Shown: positions 42,363-52,216 of the stretch, in pieces
Position numbering within the stretch: the first letter of the stretch is position 1
Layout of the letters: every line of letters begins with the position of its first letter
Assembly: GCA_015061915.1 (NCBI GenBank)
Contig: SUVR01000004.1
Location: forward strand, 53,093 to 117,092
Origin: Lentisphaerota bacterium
Lineage (GTDB): Bacteria > Verrucomicrobiota > Lentisphaeria > Victivallales > UBA1829
Direction: 5' to 3'
Length of the DNA stretch: 64,000 nucleotides
Notes under the pieces: generated by a model
What the model was told of the DNA's origin: nothing
What the model saw: only the letters and a program-made list of their open reading frames with translations
The model's database searches: none
Position numbers and translations under genes: made by a program

Positions 42363-42418
42363 TTGAAACGCGCGATATTTAGGGTAAATTAGTGGAGGTT
42401 AGGTGAAATTAGGTGAAT
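42363..42418 (+). promoter_or_regulatory. dcw promoter with 10-bp-period direct repeats (probable MraZ operator)
   Basis: TTGAAA-N16-TAAATT overlapped by TTAGGGTAAA TTAGTGGAGG TTAGGTGAAA TTAGGTGAAT (42379-42418). Confidence 0.7.
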
Positions 42419-42440
42419 TCCGCAAATCGAAAGGTGCAAT

Positions 42441-42884
42441 ATGGCAGAAACAAGTGCAACACCCTCTCTTTTCAGAGATTATGTGTTCAGCATTGACGCT
42501 CAGGGGCGCGTGGCTGTGCCAGCTGACTGGCGTTCTGCAAGCACGACTTTCATGCTCATTCCGGGAAAAGAAGCTACTCTGCAACTGTATCCGGAAACCA
42601 CTTTCAACGAACAGATCATGCCAAAACTGCGGCAGATCTCTGCAACAGATCCCGTTGCGCTCCGGATGAGACGGCAACTGGGTAAACTGGTCTGTTCGTG
42701 CGTGTGCGATAAGCAGGGGCGGATCCAGATCTCACCGGAACTGTTGAAATTTGCAAATCTGGAAAAGCGGGCGGCTCTGATCGGATCCGGTGACTTTGCA
42801 CAGATCATGACTGCAGAACGGTGGGAAGCCGAACAGCGTGAAAGCGACTTCGCAAGCGAAGACTTCCTGGATATTCTGGGGTGA
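42441..42884 (+). CDS. mraZ: Transcriptional regulator MraZ
   Basis: IDAQGRVAVP and DKQGRI duplicated motifs; first gene of the dcw cluster. Confidence 0.92.
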   Translation: MAETSATPSLFRDYVFSIDAQGRVAVPADWRSASTTFMLIPGKEATLQLYPETTFNEQIMPKLRQISATDPVALRMRRQLGKLVCSCVCDKQGRIQISPELLKFANLEKRAALIGSGDFAQIMTAERWEAEQRESDFASEDFLDILG

Positions 42885-43840
42885 TGCAAATGGATGGTGT
42901 GGAATGTCATATACCGGTTTTACCGGATGAGACGATTGAATGTGTCATGCCGTGGACAAGCGGTGCGGTGCGGGTCATCGACGGCACCGTCGGGTATGGC
43001 GGGCACAGCTCATTGATACTGAAAAAAAATCCGGAAGCACTGCTTCTGGGGATCGATCGGGACAAAGGCGCACTGGCGTTCTCAAAAGAACGGCTGGCAT
43101 TTGCCGGAAACCGTGTTCAGCTGGCATACGGGAACTTTTCCACGCTGGCAGAACGGGCAGCAGAGATCGGTTGGAACAAGGTCGATTCCATTCTGTTGGA
43201 TATCGGTGTTTCCTCCCCCCAGATTGATACGCCGGAGCGGGGTTTTTCCTTCCGCTTTGAGGCGCCGCTGGATATGCGTATGGACCGGAGCAGCCGTCTG
43301 ACGGCAGCCGATGTGGTCAACACATATTCCGGCGAAGAACTGACCCGGATCTTCCGGGAATACGGCGAGATCCGCGAGGCAAAAAAACTTGCCAATGCGA
43401 TCCTGCGGGAACGGGAGACGGAAGCGATCACTACCTGCGGAAAACTGGCGGAGATCTGCGAGAAAGCACTGGGTAAACCGGGCAGACGCACCGGACCGCC
43501 GGCACCGACTCTGCCCTTTCAGGCGATCCGGATCGAAGTCAACGGAGAACTGGATGAACTGGAACAGGCGCTGGAATCGGCAGTAAATCTGCTGAACCCG
43601 GGCGGCAGACTTTCGGTGATCAGTTTTCACTCGCTGGAAGACAGGATCGTCAAACGTTTCTTTCAGGAGATGGCAGTCACCTGCAAGTGTCCGCCGGGAT
43701 GCCCGGTCTGCATCTGCAACTGGCAGCCGAAGCTGGAGATCCTGACCAGAAAACCCCTTACTGCATCCGCCGGGGAGTTGGCAAAAAACAGCCGTTCCGC
43801 CTGTGCAAAATTGCGGTCAGCAAAGCGGATCAACGGATAA
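42881..43840 (+). CDS. rsmH: 16S rRNA m4C1402 methyltransferase
   Basis: HIPVL, DGTVGYGGHS, DIGVSSPQID, PLDMRMD and SFHSLEDRIVK motifs. Confidence 0.97.
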   Translation: MMQMDGVECHIPVLPDETIECVMPWTSGAVRVIDGTVGYGGHSSLILKKNPEALLLGIDRDKGALAFSKERLAFAGNRVQLAYGNFSTLAERAAEIGWNKVDSILLDIGVSSPQIDTPERGFSFRFEAPLDMRMDRSSRLTAADVVNTYSGEELTRIFREYGEIREAKKLANAILRERETEAITTCGKLAEICEKALGKPGRRTGPPAPTLPFQAIRIEVNGELDELEQALESAVNLLNPGGRLSVISFHSLEDRIVKRFFQEMAVTCKCPPGCPVCICNWQPKLEILTRKPLTASAGELAKNSRSACAKLRSAKRING

Positions 43841-43893
43841 ATCAGTATAAAAAAGAAGATTAAATAACGGAAAACGGACAAGGAGAACAGAGT

Positions 43894-44310
43894 ATGAACG
43901 AATTTACAAGAAAAATGAAACCCTCGCTTTCAGCGGACAGAGTACGGCAGCCCAGGAAGAAATCCCGTGCTGCGGTAGTTATGGCAGTGATCCTGCCGGC
44001 AATCGTTTTTGCGTTCGTTATGATCTGTTTCCGGATCCATTATACGACTCAGGTCGAAAAACTGAATCAGAAGGCGGCGTATCTGGATAACGAGATCGAA
44101 CAGGTGCGTTACAATATCCAGAACATCCAGAACCGGAAAGACGCCCTCTGCAGCCTCCCGCACATCCGGAAGCAGATCGCAAGATTCAATCTGCCTCTGG
44201 TGCCGCGCCAGCCCAGCCAGTTGAGCTATCTCCGGGCGGAAAACAGCCCCTCCAATCATCAGTCAAATTCTGCATTTTCTTCTGAAAACCGGGTTGCTCA
44301 GGTAAAGTGA
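43894..44310 (+). CDS. Cell division protein FtsL-like
   Basis: Single TM segment plus coiled coil; position between rsmH and the PBP gene. Confidence 0.7.
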   Translation: MNEFTRKMKPSLSADRVRQPRKKSRAAVVMAVILPAIVFAFVMICFRIHYTTQVEKLNQKAAYLDNEIEQVRYNIQNIQNRKDALCSLPHIRKQIARFNLPLVPRQPSQLSYLRAENSPSNHQSNSAFSSENRVAQVK

Positions 44311-44311
44311 T

Positions 44312-46177
44312 ATGCCCAATAAGGAATTAAAAACAGTTTTTTTCCGTTTGCTGTTTTTCTTTCTTCTGGTCATTGCGTGCTTTATTTTTGCCGGTATGCA
44401 GATGTACCGGATCCAAATCACGCGCCACGATGAACTGCTCCGGGCGGCACAGGCTCAATATCGCAGCACAATGACAGAGCAGACCAGCATGGGCGAGATC
44501 TACGACTGCAACGGCAATCGTCTGGTCAGCAATAAATTTGTCAAGACCATTATTTTCGACCCCAGTATCGTTCCTTCTGCGGATGACCGGGAAAAGATCG
44601 CACATCTTCTTTCCCATCTCATGCCGGAACTGGACTATAAAGAACTGCTCCGGAAAATGAACAGCGATGTTTTGTCCGGGAAAAAAGTGCAGTACGTTGT
44701 CCTTGCCAGGGATGTGGATTTTGAAAAAGCAACGGAGATCGAAAAAAACATCATCGGTATGCATATGCGGGGGCTTACGTTCAAACGCGTGAACCGCCGT
44801 TTCTATCCCAAAGGAAGGATGCTTGCCAATGTGCTGGGGATCAGTTACATCAGCAACGAAGAAACCACCGGTGTTTCCGGATTGGAAGGTACATTCAAGA
44901 AGGAACTCAAGGGGGAAGACGGAAAAATCTCCTATTATCAGGGCGGGGATGGCTCGATCATCCGTGGAACGGTGAACAAACACATCAGCGGTCAAAGCGG
45001 AAAAAATGTCTACCTGACGATCAATGAACCGATCCAGGCAATTTTGGAAGAGGAAATCGACCAGCTTTATGCAGATACCGGCTCCAAAGCAGTCTATGCA
45101 GCCATTGCAGATCCTTATACCGGTGACATCCTTGCCATAGCTCAGCGTCCGACATTCGATCCGAATGACCGCCGTACAATGAAAGACAAACTTGCCAGTA
45201 CCAATCTGATCTCCGCCAATCCCTACGAGCCGGGGTCTGTTATGAAACCTTTTGTTGTTTCCATGGCGCTGGATGACGGCGTGATCAAACGGGATACCAT
45301 CATCCGGACCGGGTTCGATAAAACATGGTTCTATGCGGGGCGTCCTTTACGGGACACCCATATTGTCGGCAATGCCACTCCCCTGCAGGTCATTCAGCAC
45401 TCCAGCAACATCGGCACTGCCATGATCGCAGTTATGCTCGGCGAAAAACGGGTGTATGAGATCCTTTCCTCTTTCGGATTCGGCAGAAAGACCGGGCTGC
45501 CCATCACGCCGGAAAGTTCCGGCAGATTGAATCCGGTCAAAAAATGGGACTCTCTGACCGTCACCCGAATCTGCATCGGACACGCCATCATGGTCACGCC
45601 GCTGCAGCTGCTCCGGGCATATTGTATGCTGGCAAACGGCGGTTATCCGGTCCAGCTGCGTATGATTGATGCGATTGAAGATGAAAAGAACGGCAAAGTG
45701 AAACAGCCTTATCTCATCAGTACGGAATCTGTTTTCAAAAATCCCGGCACCCACCGGGAAGTGGTCCGTATGCTGAAAACGGTCACAAAACCGGGTGGCA
45801 CCTCTTCACAGTCTGCGGTCCCCGGCTTTGAAGTTGCCGGAAAGACCGGAACGGCAAACAAGATCGAAAACGGCAGATATGTCAAAGGAAAATATTTCTC
45901 CTCGTTCTGCGGCTTCATTCCCGCCGATAATCCGAAGTTTGTGATCGTGATCACCTGCGATGAACCCACAGGCAAAAACCTTTACGGCGGTTCCACATCC
46001 GGTCCTGCATTCGCACGGATCGCAAAACGCACGCTGGACTACATGGATGTCCAGCCCGATATGACGCTGGAAGAATGGGAAAAAATGATCTCTGAGGCAA
46101 AGAAGCAGAGTCACAAAGATATGATGAAGCGGGAAAATGACCGGCGCGCATCTCTCGGAATGGCGCCGCTGCAGTAA
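44312..46177 (+). CDS. ftsI: Class B penicillin-binding protein (FtsI/PBP3)
   Basis: EPGSVMKP (SxxK), SSN and KTGT motifs; dcw context. Confidence 0.92.
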   Translation: MPNKELKTVFFRLLFFFLLVIACFIFAGMQMYRIQITRHDELLRAAQAQYRSTMTEQTSMGEIYDCNGNRLVSNKFVKTIIFDPSIVPSADDREKIAHLLSHLMPELDYKELLRKMNSDVLSGKKVQYVVLARDVDFEKATEIEKNIIGMHMRGLTFKRVNRRFYPKGRMLANVLGISYISNEETTGVSGLEGTFKKELKGEDGKISYYQGGDGSIIRGTVNKHISGQSGKNVYLTINEPIQAILEEEIDQLYADTGSKAVYAAIADPYTGDILAIAQRPTFDPNDRRTMKDKLASTNLISANPYEPGSVMKPFVVSMALDDGVIKRDTIIRTGFDKTWFYAGRPLRDTHIVGNATPLQVIQHSSNIGTAMIAVMLGEKRVYEILSSFGFGRKTGLPITPESSGRLNPVKKWDSLTVTRICIGHAIMVTPLQLLRAYCMLANGGYPVQLRMIDAIEDEKNGKVKQPYLISTESVFKNPGTHREVVRMLKTVTKPGGTSSQSAVPGFEVAGKTGTANKIENGRYVKGKYFSSFCGFIPADNPKFVIVITCDEPTGKNLYGGSTSGPAFARIAKRTLDYMDVQPDMTLEEWEKMISEAKKQSHKDMMKRENDRRASLGMAPLQ

Positions 46178-46181
46178 AAAA

Positions 46182-47510
46182 TCACTGTCCGTCTTTCATC
46201 TTGCGCTGTTTCTCCCGGCGCAATTTGTTCCAATAGTCCAGACGCCGCTGGATCTCCCGTTCAAAGCCCCGTTCCACCGGCTGATAGAACGTTTTGCGCC
46301 CCATTCCCTCCGGAAAATAATCCTGTCCGGAGAAACCGTCTTCGGTATCGGGATCGTACTGATACCCCTTGTTGTATCCCAATTCCTTCATCAGCTTGGT
46401 AGGAGCGTTGAGAATGTGCATCGGCGGCGTCAGGGAGCCGGTCTGCTTCGCTTCGGCAAGCGCCTTTGGCCAAGCCTTGTAAACACTGGTTGATTTAGGT
46501 GCAGTCCCCAGATAGACCACCAGTTCCGCAATGGCAAGATCCCCTTCCGGCGATCCCAGCCGTTCGTAGGCATCCCACGCCGAAATGGCAAACTGGAGGG
46601 CATTCGGATCTGCCAGACTTACATCTTCCATCGCAAACCGGGTCAGACGCCGCAGCAGGTAGAGAGGATCCTCTCCGCCATCGATCATGCGTGCCGCCCA
46701 GTAAAGCGCCGCATCCGGGTCGGAGCCGCGCAGGGACTTATGCAGCGCACTGATCAGGTTGTAATGTCCTTCACGATCCTTGTCGTATTGAGGTGCCCGC
46801 TGCTGCACGATCTTCATCAGTCCGGCAGAATCCAGCATTTCATCTTCTTTGGTCAGATCAAAAACGGTCTCAATAAGATTGATAAAATATCTGCCGTCGC
46901 CGTCCGCCAGCTGCAGGAGCGTGGCGCGTGCTTCATCGGTCAGTGACAGCTTGCGACCGCTTTCCGCCTCTGCACGGAGAACGATCTTTTCAAGCGCCGT
47001 TTTATCCAGATGATTCAGCACAAAGACCTTACACCGGGAAAGCAGAGCGCTGTTCAGTTCAAACGAGGGATTTTCTGTAGTCGCACCGACAAGCACCACG
47101 GTCCCGTTTTCTACATAAGGCAGAAAACCATCCTGCTGCGCCCGGTTGAAACGGTGGATCTCATCCACAAAGAGAAGCGTTCCCTCCCCTGCAAGACGGC
47201 GCCGTTTGGCATCGTCAAAGGCTTTCCGCAGTTCAGCGATGCCGGAAAAAACAGCGGAAATGGCAACAAAGTGCATATTGGTATGCTGCGCCATGATCCG
47301 GGCGCAAGTGGTCTTGCCGCATCCGGGAGGTCCCCAGAGGATGAAGCTGGAAAGTTTGTTGCTTTCGATCATCCGCCGCAAGGGTCCGTCCGGTCCCAGC
47401 AGATGATCCTGCCCAACGATGTCATCCAGACTTTTCGGGCGCAGACGATCCGCCAGCGGACGCTGGATATTGCTCGCAAAAAGGGAATCGGTCTCTTCCT
47501 CAAAGCTCAT
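46182..47510 (-). CDS. rarA: Replication-associated recombination protein A
   Basis: PLADRLRP, WGPPGCGKTT, DEIHRFNRAQQD and ISALHKSLRGSD motifs. Confidence 0.97.
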   Translation of the reverse strand: MSFEEETDSLFASNIQRPLADRLRPKSLDDIVGQDHLLGPDGPLRRMIESNKLSSFILWGPPGCGKTTCARIMAQHTNMHFVAISAVFSGIAELRKAFDDAKRRRLAGEGTLLFVDEIHRFNRAQQDGFLPYVENGTVVLVGATTENPSFELNSALLSRCKVFVLNHLDKTALEKIVLRAEAESGRKLSLTDEARATLLQLADGDGRYFINLIETVFDLTKEDEMLDSAGLMKIVQQRAPQYDKDREGHYNLISALHKSLRGSDPDAALYWAARMIDGGEDPLYLLRRLTRFAMEDVSLADPNALQFAISAWDAYERLGSPEGDLAIAELVVYLGTAPKSTSVYKAWPKALAEAKQTGSLTPPMHILNAPTKLMKELGYNKGYQYDPDTEDGFSGQDYFPEGMGRKTFYQPVERGFEREIQRRLDYWNKLRREKQRKMKDGQ

Positions 47511-48091
47511 AACACGCCTTTGGTGGAAGGAACGCCCTTGACCCGGGGATCAATGCTGACCGCCTCGGAAAGCGCCCGGGCAAAGCCCTTGAAGATGGAT
47601 TCAAAGATGTGGTGCGTTTCGCCCGCCGCCAGCATCTTGATGTGCAGATTCATGCCGCCTTTCACGGAGAGAGCGGTGAAAAATTCCTTGAAGAGAGCCG
47701 TATCCATATCCTTGATGAAGGGAGCGGGGACGGGGACATCGTAAACGAGGTACGGTCTGCCGGAGAGGTCCAGCGCCACGAGGGAAAGGGTCTCATCCAT
47801 GGGCAGCAGGAAGTTTCCGTAGCGACGGATCCCGCACTTGTCGCCGAGCGCCTGAATAATGGCTTCGCCGAGAGCAAGCCCCATGTCTTCCATCGTGTGA
47901 TGGCAGTCCACATCCAGATCGCCCTTTGCCTCCACGGTCAGGTCAAAATTGCCGTGCTTGGCAAAAAGGGTCAGCATATGATCCATGAATCCGATCCCGG
48001 TGGAGATCGTGCTGTTGCCTTCGCCGTCAAGATCGATCGTTACGAGGATGTCGGTTTCTTTCGTGGTACGTTTTACACTGCCTGTTCTCAT
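47507..48091 (-). CDS. hisB: Imidazoleglycerol-phosphate dehydratase
   Basis: RTTKET, DCHHTMED, PMDE, HHIFE and PSTKG motifs. Confidence 0.97.
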   Translation of the reverse strand: MRTGSVKRTTKETDILVTIDLDGEGNSTISTGIGFMDHMLTLFAKHGNFDLTVEAKGDLDVDCHHTMEDMGLALGEAIIQALGDKCGIRRYGNFLLPMDETLSLVALDLSGRPYLVYDVPVPAPFIKDMDTALFKEFFTALSVKGGMNLHIKMLAAGETHHIFESIFKGFARALSEAVSIDPRVKGVPSTKGVL

Positions 48092-48134
48092 GTGGAGACT
48101 CCTGTTGATTGTATGTTATCGTTATATTTTCTGT

Positions 48135-49238
48135 TCAGATGATCCGTTTTTCCGTTTCCGCATCAAAGAGATGAGCCCGTTTCCCGTACAGCGCCAGATC
48201 CAGTTCATCCCCTACGGCGACCTGCCGGTGGGCATCCACCCGGGCGATACAGGACGCCCCGGTGCCTGCATCCAGATAGAGATAGGTCTCTGCGCCCATC
48301 GGCTCCCGCACTTCCACTTTTGCGTGGAGCCGGGCGACCGATCCGGATTTTTCCGCCTGGTCCGACCCGATGTCTTCCGGACGGATGCCATAAACAACCG
48401 TTTTTCCGGCATAATCCTTTATCGTCTCTGTCCAATCCGGCGGCAGGGGAATACAAATATTTCCTGCCCGGAAAGAGAATCCGCCATCGTGTTCCTGCAA
48501 TTCTCCGCGGATCAAATTCATCGGCGGCGTACCGATAAAACCGGCAACAAACAGATTCGCCGGATTGTCATAAATATTCATTGGCGTATCCACCTGCTGG
48601 ATCACGCCGTCCTTCATAACGCAGATCCGGTCCCCCATGGTCATAGCTTCCGCCTGATCGTGGGTCACATAGATCATCGTTGCTTCCAGCCGGGTATGCA
48701 GCTTGCTGATCTCCGCCCGCATCTGAACGCGCATTTTTGCATCCAGATTGGAGAGCGGTTCATCAAACAGAAAGACCGCCGGCTTCCGGACAATGGCTCT
48801 ACCCACAGCCACCCGCTGACGCTGTCCGCCGGAAAGTGCTTTCGGTTTCCGGTCAAGATACCCGTTCAAACCGAGGATCTCCGCCGTCTCACGGACCCGT
48901 CTCTCTATATCGGCTTTGGGGATCTTCCGCAGTTTCAGCCCGAACGCCAGATTTTCATACACGGTCATGTGGGGGTACAGCGCATAATTCTGAAACACCA
49001 TGGCAATATCCCGATCCTTCGGGGGAACATTGTTCACCACCCGGTCCCCGATCCGGATCGTGCCGTCACTGACATCCTCCAGACCGGCGATCATCCGCAG
49101 CATCGTGGATTTTCCGCAGCCGGAGGGTCCCACCAAAACCATAAATTCACGGTCATTCACGGTCAGAGAAAGCCGGTTGACGGCAAGTACGCCACCCTCG
49201 TAGACTTTACTGACTTCGCTGACCGTTACGTTTGCCAT
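48135..49238 (-). CDS. Carbohydrate ABC transporter ATP-binding protein (MalK/MsmX/UgpC family)
   Basis: GPSGCGKST, VFQNYALYPH, LSGGQRQR, YVTHDQ motifs and a TOBE domain. Confidence 0.95.
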   Translation of the reverse strand: MANVTVSEVSKVYEGGVLAVNRLSLTVNDREFMVLVGPSGCGKSTMLRMIAGLEDVSDGTIRIGDRVVNNVPPKDRDIAMVFQNYALYPHMTVYENLAFGLKLRKIPKADIERRVRETAEILGLNGYLDRKPKALSGGQRQRVAVGRAIVRKPAVFLFDEPLSNLDAKMRVQMRAEISKLHTRLEATMIYVTHDQAEAMTMGDRICVMKDGVIQQVDTPMNIYDNPANLFVAGFIGTPPMNLIRGELQEHDGGFSFRAGNICIPLPPDWTETIKDYAGKTVVYGIRPEDIGSDQAEKSGSVARLHAKVEVREPMGAETYLYLDAGTGASCIARVDAHRQVAVGDELDLALYGKRAHLFDAETEKRII

Positions 49239-49255
49239 TTCCGTTCGATTTCCGT

Positions 49256-50428
49256 TCAGTTCTGCTGCTGTTTCCAATAGGGCGAGATCTCACGCAGACG
49301 TGCGATCACCGGCGGCAGCACTTCCAGAACACGGTCTACTTCCGCTTCCGTGTTGTAACGGGAGAAGCTGAAACGGATGGAGCCGTGTGCGGCGGTGTAA
49401 GGAACCCCCATGGCACGCAGTACGTGGGACGGTTCCAGGCTGCCGGTTGTGCAGGCACTGCCGCTGCTGGCGCAGATGTTGTGCATATCCAGCAGCATCA
49501 GGATGGATTCGCCTTCGATGTATTCAAAAGAAATGTTTGCCGTGTTGGGCAAACGGTGTTCCACATCGCCATTGATCCGGACCGAAGGAATGGAGGCAAG
49601 AACGCCCTGCTCCAGTTTATCCCGCAACGCACGGACCGCTGTGTTTTCGTGACCGATGTTCGCCAGCGCCAGTTCCGCCGCCTTGCCGAGACCAACAATG
49701 CTCGCCAGGTTCTCCGTTCCCGCACGGCGGCCATGCTCCTGATGTCCTCCGATGATGTACGGATGGAACCGGACACCGCGTTTTACATACAGCGCACCGA
49801 TCCCTTTCGGAGCGTGGAACTTGTGACCGGAAAGGCTCAACATATCGATGGGCAGTTCTGCCAGATTCATCGGAACTTTTCCAACCGCCTGGACCGCGTC
49901 CGTATGGAAGAGCGCGCCGTTTTTCCGGGCAAGCTCGCCCAGTTCGATCACGGGCTGGATGTTGCCGGTCTCGTTGTTCGCCCACATCACAGACACAACT
50001 GCTGTTTCGGAGTCGATCATCTCGCGCGCACGGTCCATATCCAGTCTGCCTCTGGCATCCACGGGAATGATGGAGACTTTATAGCCGTTCCGCTCCAGTT
50101 CTTTGCCCAGATTCAGCACAGCAGGATGTTCGACTTTGGAAATGACAACTTTTCTGCGTTTGGGGCAGATGGAAAGCGCCGAACGGATCGCCGTGGTATC
50201 GCTTTCCGTACCGCAGGAGGTAAAGATGATCTCGGAGTTCTGCGCACCGATCAAAGCTCCCAGTTGCGCACGGGCTTCTTCCACCTTCGCAGCAAGCTGT
50301 CCGCCGAAACGGTGAATACTGGAGGGGTTGCCGTAAAACTCCGTGAGATACGGCGTCATCGCCTCGAAAACTTCCGGCGCCACACAGGTGGTCGCGTTGT
50401 TGTCCAGGTAGATAATATTGCTGCTCAT
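49256..50428 (-). CDS. nifS: Cysteine desulfurase NifS
   Basis: YLDNNATT, SGHKFHAPKG and SSGSACT motifs; follows nifU. Confidence 0.95.
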   Translation of the reverse strand: MSSNIIYLDNNATTCVAPEVFEAMTPYLTEFYGNPSSIHRFGGQLAAKVEEARAQLGALIGAQNSEIIFTSCGTESDTTAIRSALSICPKRRKVVISKVEHPAVLNLGKELERNGYKVSIIPVDARGRLDMDRAREMIDSETAVVSVMWANNETGNIQPVIELGELARKNGALFHTDAVQAVGKVPMNLAELPIDMLSLSGHKFHAPKGIGALYVKRGVRFHPYIIGGHQEHGRRAGTENLASIVGLGKAAELALANIGHENTAVRALRDKLEQGVLASIPSVRINGDVEHRLPNTANISFEYIEGESILMLLDMHNICASSGSACTTGSLEPSHVLRAMGVPYTAAHGSIRFSFSRYNTEAEVDRVLEVLPPVIARLREISPYWKQQQN

Positions 50429-50429
50429 C

Positions 50430-51290
50430 TTACTTGACTTCCTCTACTTGCAGGTCGGCACAGACCAATTCCTGAAGTTTGCCTTCCACCAGTTTTTTCA
50501 GCGTGAGGGAGGCATTGGGACAGGCCGCGCACATACCTTTGAGGCGCACATGGACCACTTTTCCTTCCAGATCAATCAGCTCAATGCTGCCGCCATCCCG
50601 TTCCAATGCGGGCTTGATCTCTTTGTCAATGACTTCCTGAACGCGGAGGATCTTTTTGACAAGAGAAAGAGAATCGAAGGAATCTTCCTGCACGGGAGCG
50701 GGTTCTGCCCACATTTCATCCAGGATCTCCTGAATGGAATCCAGACACATACCGCAGGCACCGCCCGCCTTGGTATATTCCGTGATTTCTTCCACGGTAT
50801 GCAGATTATTGATCTTGGCAACCTTGCGGATCTTGGCATCCGTGATCCCGAAACAGTGGCAGATGATTCTGCCTTCGTGGTCGGTTTCATCCACTTCCAG
50901 TTCTTCGTAAGGTTCGCCGTGTTTCTTCTTGTAGTCCACGATCGCCGCCTGAAGAGCCTCCATTCCCATCACAGAACAGTGCATTTTTTCTTCCGGCAGT
51001 TCGCCGAGGGCATCGGCAATGTTCCGGTTGGTGATTTTGGCAGCTTCATCCAGTGTCAGCCCTTTGACCAGTTCGGTCAGAACGGAACTGGAAGCGATGG
51101 CGCTGGCGCAGCCGAATGTCTGAAATTTGATGTCACTGATCCGTTTTTCATCATCCAGACGGATCGTGATCTTGAGTGCGTCACCGCAGGTCATGTTACC
51201 GACTTCTGCTTCTGCATCGGGATTTTCAATGGTACCCACATTCCGGGGGTTCAGGAAGTGGTCCATCACTTTATCTGTATAGTTCCACAT
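50430..51290 (-). CDS. nifU: Fe-S cluster assembly protein NifU (three-domain)
   Basis: IscU domain (CGD, FGC, HC), BFD-like CxC...CxxC and Nfu CAAC domain. Confidence 0.96.
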   Translation of the reverse strand: MWNYTDKVMDHFLNPRNVGTIENPDAEAEVGNMTCGDALKITIRLDDEKRISDIKFQTFGCASAIASSSVLTELVKGLTLDEAAKITNRNIADALGELPEEKMHCSVMGMEALQAAIVDYKKKHGEPYEELEVDETDHEGRIICHCFGITDAKIRKVAKINNLHTVEEITEYTKAGGACGMCLDSIQEILDEMWAEPAPVQEDSFDSLSLVKKILRVQEVIDKEIKPALERDGGSIELIDLEGKVVHVRLKGMCAACPNASLTLKKLVEGKLQELVCADLQVEEVK

Positions 51291-51510
51291 GGAAAAATCT
51301 CCTTTCCTTGCGTATGTGTTAAAAATAAGTTCAATAGATAATATATCACGCGCGTGCCGATTTTACAAGGGAGTTGACCGGAGAAAGAACAAGTTTGTTC
51401 GGGAAAAAATTGAAGAAAAACTCCAACTTTCAGGATGCTGCGGTGTCTATTGCCTCTGCCGGGGCATGGAGGCAAGCCCGTACCGGAAACAAGAAAAAAG
51501 GAGGTTCACT

Positions 51511-52137
51511 ATGATGAAAGTACTGTCAAAAACCCTGTTTACTGCAGCCGCGATCCTGTTCTGCGCCGGATTCACCGGCTGTAAATGTTGTGCCGATGAA
51601 AAAAAAGCGTGCGACCCCAAAGATGATGCGCAGTGCAACACCTGCAACTGCCCCGTCCTGCTGGTGATCGGAGAAGATGAAGAACAGATCGGCGACTGCA
51701 CCGTATGCACCGTGTGGTGTCAGGAATACACTCCCTGCATGAATGCAGCTGCCGCCTGCCCCGCCATCGCAAAGCATACCTTGAAAGATGCACCTCTGTG
51801 CGCAAAATGCAAAGATGCCATTATGGCAAACGCTCCCCAGCGGAAAGACTGCGCTGTGTGCGGCAAAGAAGCAAAGCCCTGTGCAGCCTGTACGGATAAA
51901 CTCCATAACAGCAAGGTCAAAGATCTGATGAGCGCCGAGTCTATGAAGGCAAATATGAACTGCAAAGAATGTAAGAAAACCACCGAAGCCGCCGCAAAAG
52001 CAAAAGCGGAAAAAATGAAAAAAGCCGATAATGCAGATGACGACGATGATGTGGTCGTGGTGGAAGAAGTCGATGCCGTGATCGTTCCGGTCCCGGCTCC
52101 GGCAGACGACACAAAGAAAACCGAAGAAAAAAAGTAA
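51511..52137 (+). CDS. Cysteine-rich lipoprotein-like hypothetical protein (208 aa)
   Basis: AGGAGG RBS; lipobox-like FTGC; 21 Cys including six CxxC; acidic/Lys-rich tail; followed by a terminator. Confidence 0.8.
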   Translation: MMKVLSKTLFTAAAILFCAGFTGCKCCADEKKACDPKDDAQCNTCNCPVLLVIGEDEEQIGDCTVCTVWCQEYTPCMNAAAACPAIAKHTLKDAPLCAKCKDAIMANAPQRKDCAVCGKEAKPCAACTDKLHNSKVKDLMSAESMKANMNCKECKKTTEAAAKAKAEKMKKADNADDDDDVVVVEEVDAVIVPVPAPADDTKKTEEKK

Positions 52138-52180
52138 CTCGAAATAACACCGGTCAATCCGGTAGCTGATCGTGTCCGGT

Positions 52181-52210
52181 ACGGGGGAACTGAAAAGCCC
52201 CCGTTTTTTT
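52181..52210 (+). terminator. Intrinsic terminator
   Basis: ACGGGGG / CCCCCGT followed by a T-run. Confidence 0.75.
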
Positions 52211-52216
52211 GTTTAT

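Noticed and set aside
49256-51290. nifU-nifS as evidence of nitrogen fixation
   Set aside because: No nifHDK in the window. NIF-type Fe-S assembly is a common housekeeping system in non-diazotrophic anaerobes.
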